Positions 1 to 13,090 of a DNA stretch of 64,000 bases are shown here, piece after piece. Source of the DNA: Lama guanicoe (Eukaryota). Made by a program: the position numbers and the translations under genes. The DNA lies in NCBI GenBank assembly GCA_013239625.1, contig MU054662.1:11025798-11089797 (forward strand), in the 5' to 3' direction. Numbering within the stretch: position 1 is the first letter of the stretch; each line of letters begins with the position of its first letter. The notes under the pieces are model-generated. The model was not told the DNA's origin and made no database searches. It saw only the letters and a program-made list of their open reading frames with translations.

Positions 1-1671
1 ATGTCTCCGTCATGCATATACATACATATATTTGTCAAAGCCTTTTTCTGATACTCTACTCATTAAATAGGCAAAAGAAACCCTAAATTTAAAAAATATA
101 TACTTACTTTAAAAACCTGTGTTTTTATAAATTGATATACTTCAGTTAAAAAATAAAGAATCTGTGCTTTTAAGTAATCTTGGTCAAATTCTACCCTGTG
201 TTGTATTGACCTTACATTTTTTTCTGTCAATAGAATGACAACTTTTGAACCAATAGTCCTGAACTCAGAATCTAGCCACGAGAGAGAGAGTATTTATTTG
301 TGCCCTCACAACTTCTCTGCAGCGTTTGTTAACTTGTTACCAGCTGGGGAAATAAATTTGACTAATTAGGTGAAACCAAAAGCAGGGTGGGTATCGATCT
401 CTAGGAATAATGGTTGCAGGTTCCATAAAAATGCCTCTCTACTTTTCACATGGTCAGTGGGGACATGGCTCATGGAAAATGAGAAAATACCTGGGCATCT
501 GGCTACAGATCCGAGTGCTCTGCCCGTGTGTACGGCGTGGTGCAGTTCTTTGGTCTCGGTAATCAGCTCGTTATTTCTGTGTTAGATGGGTTTCAGAAGG
601 TCCTGTGTTGTTTCAACCCAAGCTGTTGCCCAGGAAACACAACTGTTTATGTTCTGTTCTTGCCTGGACTGAAACCATGGCGCCATCTTTCTTCCAGGCA
701 GAGCAGAGCCTCCCCAGTTAGGACCACCTAGACCTTTCAGAAATCTGTGAGCCGCGCTGCTTTCTCTGTGTGAGGGAGTAGACGCAACTTTTTTGTGTGT
801 CTTTATCTCTGTAGATTTAAATTTTCTACATTGAAGCATGTTGCTCCCTATTGGGAAAAAATTAATGTCATTAAAGAAGAAATAAAAATGCTGTATCCTC
901 TGCCTGTCTTCTTTGGGAGGAGGAGGCCCCGTGACACAAAAATTCTGAGGCCTTGAGATAAGTATTAACTGTTCTTACGCAGCATGAACCAACGCCTGTG
1001 CCTAACTCACGAGCATACCCTGGAAGAAGCAGAGGGTGTTCAGGGGGCACGAACGGACCTCCACTGTCTGCAACACCAGACGGTCAGAAAGGCAAGTCCC
1101 TGAGAAGTTGTAGTTTCGAATTTTGGAAGGTAGCATATGACTGTGCACATGGCCATGAGCAAAACAGGTTTCTGTTCAGGTTCCAGATACTTGCCGTCGT
1201 TATTAGATAATCTTTGTGAGCAGTAGGAGAGAGGTGTGTGCAGGGTCTGGCCCGGGGTGGTGCTCAGTACACTGTCCTTCCTTTGTGCCCGTCCGTCCCT
1301 TGCCTTGACATTGTGGGTGGAACTGAAGGGACGTGAGATTGATTTAGCAGCTTGTTGAGTCTCTTTGCTTTTGAAGAGATTGACCCTTTCCAAGAGCCTT
1401 ACCATAAGGGGAGGTGTTTTTGTTTGTTTGTTTGTTTTTTTAATGAACAAGTCAATGTTTGTTGCAAGACATCGAGTTGTATAATATAATCAAATATAAT
1501 ACAGTCAAAGTTGTAACATAATCAAAGGTCTACCCTTACTTCCTCCTTTCTCCCTAACCTTGTACTAGTCCCGTTTAGGAGAAAATTTCCAAGCAGAAGC
1601 CTTTCTGATTGGCTGGCAGAAGTATCGTATAACTAGCTGTTCACCTCTGATACACAGAAGCTTCCTTATAA

Positions 1672-2480
1672 NNNNNNNNNNNNNNNNNNNNNNNNNNNNN
1701 NNNNNNNNNNNNNNNNNNNNNNNNNNNNNNNNNNNNNNNNNNNNNNNNNNNNNNNNNNNNNNNNNNNNNNNNNNNNNNNNNNNNNNNNNNNNNNNNNNNN
1801 NNNNNNNNNNNNNNNNNNNNNNNNNNNNNNNNNNNNNNNNCTCTCTTGAAGAGACAGCTGCACACTCATGTTCAATGCAACATTATACACAACAGCCAAG
1901 ACATGGAAGCAACCTAAGTGTTCACCGATAGATAAATGGATGAAGAAAATGTGAGATAAATATNNNNNNNNNNNNNNNNNNNNNNNNNNNNNNNNNNNNN
2001 NNNNNNNNNNNNNNNNNNNNNNNNNNNNNNNNNNNNNNNNNNNNNNNNNNNNNNNNNNNNNNNNNNNNNNNNNNNNNNNNNNNNNNNNNNNNNNNNNNNN
2101 NNNNNNNNNGTCTAAAATAGTACAAGTCATAGAAGAGTAGACATGGGGAGCTGATGGCTGGGGAAAACAGGGAGATGTTGGTCAAAGGGTACAAACGTTC
2201 ACTTACAAGATGAGTATTTTCAGGAGACCTAATGCACAGCATGGGGGCTCTAGGTAACAATAATATATTGTATACTTGAAATTTGTGAAGAGAGTAGGTC
2301 TTAAGGGTTCGTACCAGGCACCGAGAAGGTAACCATGTGAGGTAATGGGTGTGTTAATTGGCTGGATTGTGGTAATCATTTCCCAGTGTATACATAGATC
2401 ACATCATCAGGTTGTACACCTGTTAATATATAGTTTTTATTCATCAGTCATACTTTAGTAAAGCTGGAAAGAAAAGAAAA
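1672..2480 (+). mobile_element. L1 (L1MA-like) 3' end fragment containing two N gaps (1672-1840, 1964-2109)
   Basis: Typical L1 3' motifs: acagccaagacatggaagcaacctaagtg, ggtcaaagggtacaaac, tatattgtatacttgaaattt; A-rich tail near 2460-2485. Confidence 0.85.
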
Positions 2481-3453
2481 GAAGAAATTGCGAAAGCCCA
2501 GAAACTTCCAAGGTAATGTTTACCATGTCTTCTCAGACTGTTAAAATTGTGGTGCGTTTAACACTGGGTTGCAGGATAAAAGAGTTAACCATAAAAAAAC
2601 ATAGATCACACGAATGAGGAAAAAGAAATATCTGAGGCCAAGCAATACTCAGCATTTTGGTGGCTCTTGCCTAGACAGGCACACAGTGATGTGGACGGAG
2701 CATTTGTTCCTGTTCCCCTGGAGATCTGAGCGCTGGTCCCAGTTCAGACATCGACTTTCTGTGTGACTTTAACACCTGATCCCATCAAAGGCTGGGTTAG
2801 AGAAGAGCAGTCTCTGTGTGTTGCTATTCAGTGTCCCACTCGCTATAAATCACATAGCCTCCAAGTCTTAATTGTGCATGGTGAGATTTATGCCAAGCGA
2901 GTCTTTTGCCTTTTACAGTTATGACCTGTATGACCTATGAGGCTCTCAGATGAGTCAAGAGTTTATCACTCCACTCCCTCGTGAACTGCCAAGATTTAGT
3001 AGAGCCGGAGAAGCTTCCTGCATGCATCAATACTCTCGCTCTTAGCACGTCATTTAATTCAGCTGACATCTGTTTAGTGGGTATCCTTTGCAAAGTATGG
3101 GAGGTACATTGTGGGAAACAGAAGTATAAAACAAAGACTTTATGATTGAGGTGAGAAATGTAGGAGACACTCGCGGGCTCTGAGGGTGCTCATAAAGTCA
3201 TTCCATCTTGGTACCAGAAGGGACCTTAAAAACCAGCCAACTCCCCCATTTACAGATGAGAATTCAGAGAAAGAGAGGCCTCAGTGCGGTCTGAGGCTCA
3301 GGCAAGCTTAATGGCGCTGTTGAGGGTAGAGTTGCATCTTAAAAAGACAGGATGTGGCCCTGTACAGGGAGCAGCTTTGGTCCTGGTTGGCCAGTTGGGT
3401 ACTGTGGTCCACGTGATTGTGTTGCAGAACCTTACTGCTGTGGTTCCTACTAT

Positions 3454-3985
3454 TATTGCAGAAAAGCATGTTACAGTTCAATGTTACAGCTCAGTTGTGA
3501 CAGCAACCTGGATCTTCGTGAGAGACCAAGCAGCACTCGGAGGGTTGGAGAACTCAGGTTTATTATGCCAGCAGGCCCAGAGGAGTTAACACTCCAAGCT
3601 CTGGACCCCCGTCTGTAGGTTTACACAGGCTTTTATAGGCTACCAGTTTATACCTTGCAACATTTTGTAACATCATATGCAAATGAGGTATAACAAAGGT
3701 GACTAATTAGGAACAAGCTTTGTAGTAATGGACCAATCAGGAGTGAGGGAAATGGACCAATCAGGAGTGAGCTCCATGCAAATGAAGCACCACAAATGGA
3801 CCAATCACGAGTTAGCTCAGGGAACCAATAGAATCTTAGGGGTAAGTTCCGCTTTCCTAGAAGTAAGCTGTTTCAGAGTTTAAAAAGCAAGATAATGCCA
3901 CTGGGCCAGGGAACCAGATGGTGCCAGCAGGAGAGTAGTGACCCTGCCTGGGGGTCCTGCCTTTTTCATGGGGCTTCACACCTCA
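3454..3985 (-). mobile_element. ERV1-type solo LTR, antisense within BARX2 intron 1
   Basis: Minus strand starts TGAGG and carries TATAAAA (3631-37) and AATAAA (3559-64). 4-bp TSD CTAT at 3450-53 and 3986-89. Colinear homologue at 61208-61770. Confidence 0.85.
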
Positions 3986-4719
3986 CTATTACTCCTTACA
4001 CTGTTTTCCCTTGTTACCTACAAGAGCAAGGCTCAAACACGAGTAAATATGGGTGTCTGTTGTATAATTTTCCCTCTAATTTTGGGGGTACACGGCTGCC
4101 ATTTGATCTTAACACCTTGAATAAAACGGAGGGGAACGTTTTCATTCTCTCCAACAAGAGCCTTCCACCAAATACAGAGCTTTTTTCCTCCTCTCTTCAA
4201 TGGGTAAACTCCTCCAAAGTTTGAGTTCTTTTTACAGTGTAGTTCTGTGTCCCTGGGCCCCGTTAGCTGCATAAGTTTTAAGGGGTCCACTTTTATCAGA
4301 AAACAATGGGATACCAGGAAGAGGAGAGCTTTCCATAGATGTCACATGACCGTCTGCATGACATCGTGGCATCCTGATGGAAATGCCTGTTTTCTACCTA
4401 TCATCACAGCAGAGGGAAAGGTTCTGGTTCCTGACTGGACTGGGGGGGTCCTTCCCAGACACTGGGTTATTTGAGAGGTTCCAGTTTAATGTTCCGTCTT
4501 TCTGTTCCAGCAAAGAACTCTCCCCACTTGCCCACAATCAGCAGAACCAATTTTTATATCAGAAATTCTTTAGGTAATCTTCAGTAAGGTCCAAATGCCT
4601 TTTTAGGCTGTGTTTTTTTGGTTTGTTTTAAAGAAAAAAAATTTTTACAGTTAATATTTGGCAAATCTGTATACTTTACCTAGTTCTTTTTATCCACTGT
4701 TTGTCTCTGAATGGAATCT

Positions 4720-4965
4720 CAGCTAATGCCATCCTCATCCTTCAGTTTAAATGACACTGTTATGGGGAGATGCCGACTGCCTCACCCTGGGTAAATCCTC
4801 TTGCTGAATGCTCCTCAGACACCCTGAATTACTTGCTTCTCAACTGTCTGCCATCCTGACCATCAGCTGGTGGGCAGAGACCTGATCTGCCTTGTGTACT
4901 GTTTATTCCCAGTTCTTGGCACGGTATCTCCACTAGGTATTCCAAAACTTGTTGAATTGAACTGA
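4720..4965 (+). mobile_element. L2 3' end fragment
   Basis: gggcagagacctgatctgccttgtgtactgtttattcccag...ttgttgaattgaactgaat. Confidence 0.6.
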
Positions 4966-6289
4966 ATTTCACTCTCTTGTAGCCCACGTTGTTTCTAACT
5001 CTTTGCAACTAAAGGCAAACTATAGAGAATATATTTAAGCTGGGATTAGAATGCATAGAGAGAAGAGGGAAATTAAATTGGACTTAGAAATTTACATTTT
5101 TGCGTAAGCTTTTCTGAGCTTGGCAGACAGTTCTCATCCTGTGACCCATGGGGCCACTTGCAGAAAGTCACCTCCTGTGGCTTTTCCTCGAAACTGTCTG
5201 GTGCCCTGGAAGCATCAGAGAAGGGGGGTCATTTTCAAAATCTATGTCAGAAGAGTTTCTAGTGAACAAACATGTTGAAAGCATCTCATTCTTCAAACCC
5301 TCTAGCCCTTTTCACTGGCCTGGTTCTCTTGATGGTGCTGCTTGCTTCGTAGGTTACAGTGTCTGTCTCGTTTGCTGATTCTGTTTTCTTTTCGGCTCCA
5401 TTGATGAAAATGTACCAAACCCAAGGCCCCGTCCTCCATCTTCTGTTGGTCTTAAGTCTTCCTTCTTGGGAGAGGAATTCTACTTTCAACCCTTCAACCC
5501 TTATTCTGGGTAAAATCCACACACCCATCTCTTGAGTCCTTCGGGACTCATCTAGGAACCATCACTTCAGCATCTGCTTTTACCTCAAACTAAGCCTCTG
5601 TGAGCCTTATCCTTTCTACCGAAAGGTTCTCACCTGGCAGAGGCCGAGGTGCCCCGATTCCAGCAGTTACCGCTGGAGTCCGAGTCTTCTGCCGCATCTG
5701 GATGCCTGCCCTCCTCTCCCTCCCCACCCGGGGGTCTCCAGGTCCTGTTGGATGTGCCTCGGCGGTGACGGGAGTCTGTCCCTTTCCCCTCGTAAGCTGG
5801 CTCCCCATCTTCTCAGCACCAGCACTGTCGGCTCTGTCCCGAAGGCCCGTGGCTCTTGGGCCACTCAGCATTTGCCACGCGGTTCTTTGTTTTCTTATTT
5901 ACCTCTTATTTTAACGTCTCATTTCTCCAGTTAGATAATCAGCTTCTGAGGGCAGGGATAGGGAATTGTCTCTCCTTCTCTAGCAGTTGGCTCAGAGCTG
6001 AGCAGCCGTTTGGTAGAATTCAGCATTGATGGCGACAGCAAATCAGAGGACTCCTCCTGGTCAGCTCTGTGCGGCTCTGTCCCTGTGACAGCAGGACCTC
6101 AACCAGAAATGATGCCGTACAAGCCACGAGACAAAGGCGGGGAGGGCTCGGTCAGCACAGGAGAGCAGTGTAGACTTCTTAGTGAACCGAGGCATCTCCA
6201 ACACATGGAAAATGCGTGCTTTTTGACCATTGGAAGAAATGGCTGCCTTCTTTGGTGTGGGTCTTCATTGTTTACGGAAGTTTTTTATA

Positions 6290-6440
6290 CTCATGATCCA
6301 GTGTTATCCTTCGGCAAGCTTGGCAGGAGTACTATTATTGCCATTTGATAGAAGAGAAAGTGGAAGCTTGGGAACTGTGGTCTGACCAAGGCCGCAGAGC
6401 CCAGAGGTGTCAGCACCGCGTCTCCAGCCCCAGTCTTGCG
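6290..6440 (-). mobile_element. MIR fragment
   Basis: actattattgccatttgatagaagagaaagtggaagct resembles the MIR core. Confidence 0.5.
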
Positions 6441-7917
6441 ATTGGGTAAAATCAGTTCAGGTAAGGTATGGAGTTAAACTCTAAGAAGGGGCACTTTTTA
6501 ATTCTGTCCGAAGGAAATCTGCAGTCTAGCTGAGAAATAATTAGATGGGGAAACAAATGAACTAAGTAAGGCTGAAAAAGGACACACAAAAAGCTGAGGA
6601 TGCGTGGAGGCAGGAGTGATTAACTCGGACTTTGTGCTAAACAGCAGCTGCTCAGGGAGGCCTTCGCTCCATGAGTGACTGGGAGGCACGGCCGAAAGCA
6701 GGTGGGTGAAGGTAACGGCGGAATGACCAGGAGCGCAAAGACAGTGCCCTTCCCGGTGTGTTCTTCGGCTGACGGAGATGCGGGGTGGTGATGGCTAGAG
6801 GGTGGACGATGACCATCTTAGGCAGGACGGGCAGGTCCGTAAACCTCCAGCTTCGTTGGTTTCACGCAGCTCCCGGTGCAGCCCAGCGCTCTGTGGGCAT
6901 CTGTAGTTGTGATGACATTACAGGTTGAATGCGATGAGACTGAGCCTGTCTCTCTGCAGAATCAGGGATCTGAAAAGATGGCGTGATGCAGTCCAGCCAG
7001 CCAGGGCTGCGCTGTGTCCTCTATTTCCCCAATCTTCATTTTCCCAAGTCTCTAAAATGTTTTCTCCCCACTCCATCCCTCCATGTTTCAACCTTTGTGA
7101 ACTTGCTTAAGGTTTTGATTTAATGAGATGCTTCTTCCAGAGTCTACATTCTGGCAGGTGCATGAGGATTTTGGAATAAATGTATTCCACATGTTTCTAA
7201 TTCATTTACACTTAACTCATCAAAATGCCCACCAGCTTTTTTTTTTTAAAGAGGTAGTTAATGGCCAAGATGTGTTTTCAGCCTTTGAGTTGGCCTCTTA
7301 AAACATTTTCTTTTTCCTTTAGTCATACAAAGCCACAACTTGTAAAGGGAGCATCTGTTCCATGAACTCTCGCTGGGCTAGAAACTCAGTGTGTCGCAAA
7401 TTAAAAGGCAAAGCAGAGCTTCTTTATATTTCCTTTCCTCCCCTCCTTGCTCACAGGTTATCTGTACAGACAAGTACTGAACTTCCACGTCTGGTTGCCA
7501 CTTACCCTCAGCTCAGCCTTTCCTTAGTCCCATTCAGTGTAGACGAGGCACGTTAATTTCGACCACCCCACCTCTGTCACCCCCGTCTCCGTTATCCCTG
7601 CAGTTCTTAGAAACTGACTTTGGTGCCGTCTTGTGTCCCACCAACTTCATCCTTCTTTGCCTAAGACTAACCTTGGGGAGGGCTGCGACTGTTCTGCACA
7701 GGTCTGCAAAACCACCGTAGTTATTTCTGGAGCCTCGATGACTTGAGGTGGGTGGCTGGCCAGGTTAGCCCTGTCACTCATTTCCTTCAGCTCCCTGGTT
7801 GCTGTCAGCCTCAGGACGCCGGTAAAGACCGCCGCTTGGCGAAGGGAAGCAGGCAGATTCCAGTGTGGCACAGAGGCTATGAAGATACACCCAAGTAGTT
7901 CACCAGTGGCTGCTTTC

Positions 7918-8116
7918 TTTTTTTTTTTTTTTTTTTTGGGGGGGGGGGGGGGGGGGGAAAGTGGTTTTTTTTATTTTTTTTTTTTTTTTTTGAGAGGGGG
8001 TTGGGGAGAGGTAATTAGTTTGTTTAGTTATTTATTTCTTAATGGAGGTACTGGGGATTGAACCCAGGACCTTGTGCATGCTAAGGATACACTCTACCAC
8101 TGAGCTCTACCCTCCC
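7918..8116 (-). mobile_element. Camelid tRNA-Ala-derived SINE (Vic-1-like) with compound C/A tail
   Basis: Reverse complement GGGAGGGTAGAGCTCAGTGGTAGAG...TTAGCATGCACAAGGTCCTGGGTTCAATCCCCAGTACCTCCA (A and B boxes), then AAATAAAT, CTAATTACCTC and a poly-A tail. Flanking ctgctttct repeat at 7910-18 and 8131-39. Confidence 0.88.
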
Positions 8117-10169
8117 ACCCCCCACTGGGTCTGCTTTCTCGACAAGAAAATCCATCTACTTTAATTTGGCTCCTTCACAGAGCATCCAACCACTAACGTG
8201 GAAAGTGAGGAAAGGGGACCAACAGCAATGAGGTGCCCTCCGGGCGAGTCGCATCACATACGCAAGTGCATTTCATCTTCACGGCAATCCACCAGGGGGA
8301 CCGTGAGTAGCCCTACTTTACGGAAGAGGAACTGGAAACTAGGGAGGTTTTGAAACCGGCTCAGTGAGGTCCTGCTCTTCCCACTGCCCCAAATTGCCAG
8401 CCGATTGGTCTGGCTGTGGCCTCTGGGGACAATTTCCGTGTAGGTGGTTGTATGATTTTTTTTCCCAGGAAGCTCAGCCCAAGCTACCCGATTGTTCCAC
8501 CGAGTCTCCCTTTCAGGTTAACTGGATATGTCCCTGCCGGGCCTGTGTGCGCTGCCTGTGCGCCTCTGAAGCCTTCTGCGGCTATAGGTCACACATTCCC
8601 GGGACATAAATCAGTCAAGCAGGCAGCTTAGAGATTCTTACCCACTCAGACCTTTGGCCCTTGCTTGTGTCAACCGGAATTGTGGGAGTGGAGAGCCAGT
8701 CTGGGGACTGGTATGCCGGAGGAATGGAAGGGGAGCCACAGGAGATGTGTAGGAGCAAACACTGTTCCTTGGGGATTCTGCTCTGGGGTTCAATTCCAGC
8801 TGTAGCCAGAGGGGACTGGCTTCTGCTGGGAGGGAGGGCTTCGCCAGGGGAGATGTGCCTAGAATCAGCTGCCCTGCACTGAGCCTGTGCTTGGCCCACA
8901 CGTGTTCACGTGCATGGACTGCACTCAGTTTGCAGAATCAACGCAAGGGACCATCCTCTGTTAGCCTCCCAAGTGTCCTCATCTCCCCAGGCTCCCTGGA
9001 GCGTCCCCTGGCATCAGCCTACCACGAATACACTCAGGTTTTCTAGTCCCAGAACAGATTCTCAAACATTTGTCTAGGTGTACGGCACACAGTTATGTGA
9101 TACCCACCCTGCAGCGAAGCCTTGGTTGGGGGAGGGGTTGAAGGAAAACACCTATTTGAAGATGCATTCATTGCGGTCGTGTTTACACTCCTTTGTCAAC
9201 TAGAAATGTGTTTGTTTAAACAGTGTCTTTGGTTTATTAGAGGCATTCCTCCCTCTCAGTAGCAGATAATGTGCTTGAATTTCACAAGTGGATGTAAATG
9301 AGCCAGGGTAGCAGGGCAGCTGTCTTCAGCCAACAGCTTCACATAGTGATAATTCTCAGGAAAAGAGAAAGCCCTACTTCATACGTAGCGTTACACATCA
9401 TCTGCCTTCTCAGTAACCAGAGTGCCCCCCCAACGTATTTTCCCTGTTTTTAAAACCCAAAATTGATGTTCAGCCAAAATATAAATAGATGGCTAGACTA
9501 TCTCACAGTACTTTCATGAGGCTATGAAATGGGGGTGTGCGAGTCCTTTGTGAAATTAAAGCTCTGGGCCAATGCAGTTTTGTTGGAAATCTGGTCATGT
9601 ATTAAAACAAGGAAAGACGGCGAGCAGCTGGCCAGTGTGTATCTGGTCTCACTTATCTGCTCCCATGGGTTTGCCTCTCAGGGGACTTTGCTACACACAC
9701 AGTACTCACCCTGCGTCCCGTTCCAGCCACGCTCGTTCCTCCCTAACCTTGTTCCTAGCAAACTCAGGGCCTCACTGAAAGTGTATTTATTTACAGTGAG
9801 GGTCCTCCTGAACCCCCAGACATTTTAGCATCACTGTGGCCTCGTGTGCGCATCTCTGACATCAGTGCTCTCGGCCACTGGGGCACCGTGCAGTTTTGTC
9901 ACTGAATTTGCACCGGAACACTGGGTCAGGATTCCTGAAACTGTAGATTTTGGTGATTAAGATGTTGCCTTCAGTCACTACCATTCTTCAGAGGTTTTTT
10001 TGTGTTTGTTTTTCCAAGGAAGGTTTTCATTAGGTCTTAAACTTTATGGAACCAAATTGCATAAAAGCCATTTAGCAGTAACAGCAATTGCTTTCAAACC
10101 ATCAGAGAATAGGATCACCAAAAGAATTACCTTCCCCTGTATGAATCTGTGAGGTCAGTGTATGTCTAA

Positions 10170-10400
10170 TAAATTTTTAGTGGGATTTGCTTTTTTAGAA
10201 ACTAACACAAGTTGTTTCTAAAATTCAGCTGGAAAAATCAATGATAATAGCCAAGAGAATTTTGTAGAAAGAATCAAAAGGGGAAATTTGTTCTACCAGA
10301 TACTTAAACTCCCTAAAAACCCACTGTAGTAAGAGTGGGACGGTCCTAAAATAGGATCATATATTAGTTCAGAGTCCAAAAACAGACGTGCGAATACATA
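10170..10400 (+). mobile_element. Old L1 ORF2 fragment
   Basis: ttctaaaattcagctggaaaaatcaa...aatagccaagagaattttg...ctaccagatacttaaac. Confidence 0.65.
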
Positions 10401-11219
10401 ATATACCCCAGCTATTCCTAGGGCCCCATGTGGCCCAGCGTAACTGTAGAATTAGACTCAAAGACAACAGAAATCTGATTACAGAAGCCTTGAACAGGAA
10501 GATCTTTACTTCTTAAAGGAATGTATTCTGGATTTTACCCAGTACACCCCCAAAATGTGTTTCAGAAATCCTCTCAAAGCAGCTTTCCCTCTCCCCAAAG
10601 TTGCAAACTCATGGCAGCTTCAAACAACTCTGCCCCTCTCTCTGATCCACCTGGCTTCCCAGCTCTCACCTCCCCGCCCCCCCTCCTTCCGCACACCCCC
10701 CACCCTCACGTACCTGCACCACAACTGTGTTCCCCATTTGTAACCATCCCCACAGAGGACAGCCCTCAGGAAGGGAGGCTCTGGTCCCAGTTTGACAGAT
10801 TTCCTAGAAAGCAGGAAATTCTCAGAATTCTGATAAACAAAAATGACCAATGTCATCTCTTTGGAAACTTAATGTATCTTAAAGCTGGCATTTTAAGTCA
10901 TAGATTAGTCAATGTAGGGTTTTGGGATTGTTGGCTATACATTTAGAAAAAATAAAATGACATATTTATATTTTACAAAACACTTTGTAACTATGTGTTT
11001 CAGTAGATTAGAGTGCATATTGCTAGATCTGGAACATGGGCATGTTTGTAGATACATAGCAACAATTATCGAAGTTTATTTCTAAGACTTGGGGTTGAAA
11101 ACTGAGGGGAGACCTCTATTTTATATATTTCTAAATTGTTTTAAATTTCTTTTTTTAACAAATTGGGTTTTTTTTAACAAAAAAACAAAAGAGCAGTTAA
11201 AATATTCACTGTTACTTGT

Positions 11220-12500
11220 TTTTAATTTGTTTTTGATTTGTATTCAGTAAGAATTCACTATTTTAGTGTACGGTTATGAGTTTAGACAAATGCATTAAGT
11301 TGTATAACCACTACCACAATCAAGATACAGAACAGTCTCATCACGTTACCTGTCCCCCCCGCCAATTCCCTCACGTTACTCCTCTGTAGCCACATTCTTC
11401 CCCTGCCCTTGACCTCTGGCAGTCACTCGTCTGCTCTCCATCTCTATCTCTGCCTTTCCCAGAATGTCATGCAGATGGAATCACACAACCCTTTGAGTCC
11501 AGCTTCTTTCCCTTAGGAAAATGCATCTGCGGTTCACCCGTGTCGCTGCGTGTTTCAAGTTTGTTCCCCTCTTACTCCTGAGTAGTATTCCCTTGTATGC
11601 ACGTGCCACAGTGTATTTCCCCATCCTCAGTTGAGGGGTATTTGGATTGATTCCAGCTTTTGATCATTACAGTCGGCTCTCCATAATCCCAGGTTCTGCA
11701 TCCGTGGATGCAACCAACACAACCATAGATGGAAAATTTGAGGGGGAAAAATTCCAGAAGTTCCAAAAAAGGAAAACTTGAATTTGCCATGTACTGGAGA
11801 CTGTTCATGGAGTGTTTACATTGTATCCAGTATTAGAAGTATTAGAGACAATTTAAAGTGTACAGGAGGATGTGTAGGTTATATGCAAATACTGCACCAT
11901 TTTATCTCAGGGACCTGGGCATCCTCAGATTTTGGTGGGGTGGGGGCGGGGCGTTCCTGGAACCAGTGGCCTTCAGATACCGAGGGAGGACTGCACTAAC
12001 ACTGCTCCTGTAAACATGTGCATGGAAGTTTTTGTGTCCTTTTCACCTGGATTAACACCTAGGAGGCGGATTGTTGGATTATATGAAAGCTGTATGTTTA
12101 ACTTCGGAAAGCAGCCGGGCAGTTTGTTACAAAGAGGCTGCACCCTTCTGCATTCCCACCAGGATGCTGTGAGTTCCAGCTGGTCTGCAACCTCATCAGC
12201 ACATGATGCTATCAGCTTATAAAATGTTTCAGACCATCCTGACACACATGGAGGAGTATTACAGCCCTAAGTTGCATTTTCCTAATGACTGATCATAAAA
12301 GCATCTTTGAATGTGAAATTCTGTTCAGAACTTCTGCTCCTTTACGTATGGGGTTATTTTTAAATCGTTGAATGTTGAGAGTCCTTTCGTTCTTCCTTTC
12401 GTCACGTATCCTGGATACGGATCATTTGTCAGGTGTGAGGTCTGCGCTGTCTTTCAGTCTGTAGCTTATCTTTTCGTTTTAACAGTATCCTTTGCAGAAC
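11220..12500 (-). mobile_element. Old L1 (L1MB/ME-like) 3' region, interrupted by MER2
   Basis: gtataaccactaccacaatcaagatacagaacag, ccagaatgtcatgcagatggaatc, gcattcccaccagga, ttgcattttcctaatgact. Confidence 0.8.
11670..11993 (+). mobile_element. MER2-like Tigger MITE nested in L1
   Basis: TIR-like ends CAGTCGGCTCTCC...GAGGGAGGACTG; TA on the left, CA (mutated TA) on the right; internal ggaggatgtgtaggttatatgcaaatact. Confidence 0.85.
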
Positions 12501-12509
12501 AAAACCTAC

Positions 12510-13090
12510 TTCTCTGCTCCCACGCTCACCCGTTCATGCAGTCGGTCCCCCCCACAGCAGCTGGGGGAATCCTAAATCAGAGCAGGTCCTTCCCCAGCTC
12601 ACCTCTCGTCAATGGTTGTATCACATTCTGAATAAAATCCAAATTATTTGCTCTGGCTGACGAGCTCCTGCGTGATCTGGCTGCAGCAGATTTTCCAAGG
12701 TTTTATTTCCTGTGGCCTCCCTCCTTGTTTGCTCTGCCTCTTCTCTCTTTGAACGCAGATCCTTCCCACTTCTGGGATTTGCAGGAGCTGGTTCTCGGCG
12801 GGCGCACTCCTCTCCCTTGAGTCACTTAACCTGCTGAAATGTCACCTCTGGCACAGAGGCCTTCCCTTGACTCCCCTGTGTAAAATTCCTGCCCTCCTCC
12901 TTACGGCCCCGCCTTCACAATCTGCCGTTTTCTTCAGAGACTTTATCACTACCTGGCATTATTTGTTTATTTATTTGTTCACCGTCTGTCTCCCCGACAG
13001 GAATGTAAGCTCTGACCTCAGCTTCAAGACCAGAGTGCAGCCCACAGTAGGTGCTCCGTACACACTGATGGCAGGATGGAACGCAGGGCT
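12510..13090 (+). mobile_element. L2 3' fragment
   Basis: gaataaaatccaaa, gtcacctc...gaggccttccctga, gtctccccgacaggaatgtaagctc, cacagtaggtgctc. Confidence 0.75.

Noticed and set aside
1672-2109. N runs (also 63167-63315 and 63703-63832) and the X-containing ORFs
   Set aside because: Assembly gaps inside L1 copies, not biological features.
8043-8116. tRNA-Ala(AGC)-like sequence (also 51005-51081)
   Set aside because: Stems are mismatched, and it carries a SINE tail and TSD-like flanks. It is a Vic-1-type SINE, not a tRNA gene.
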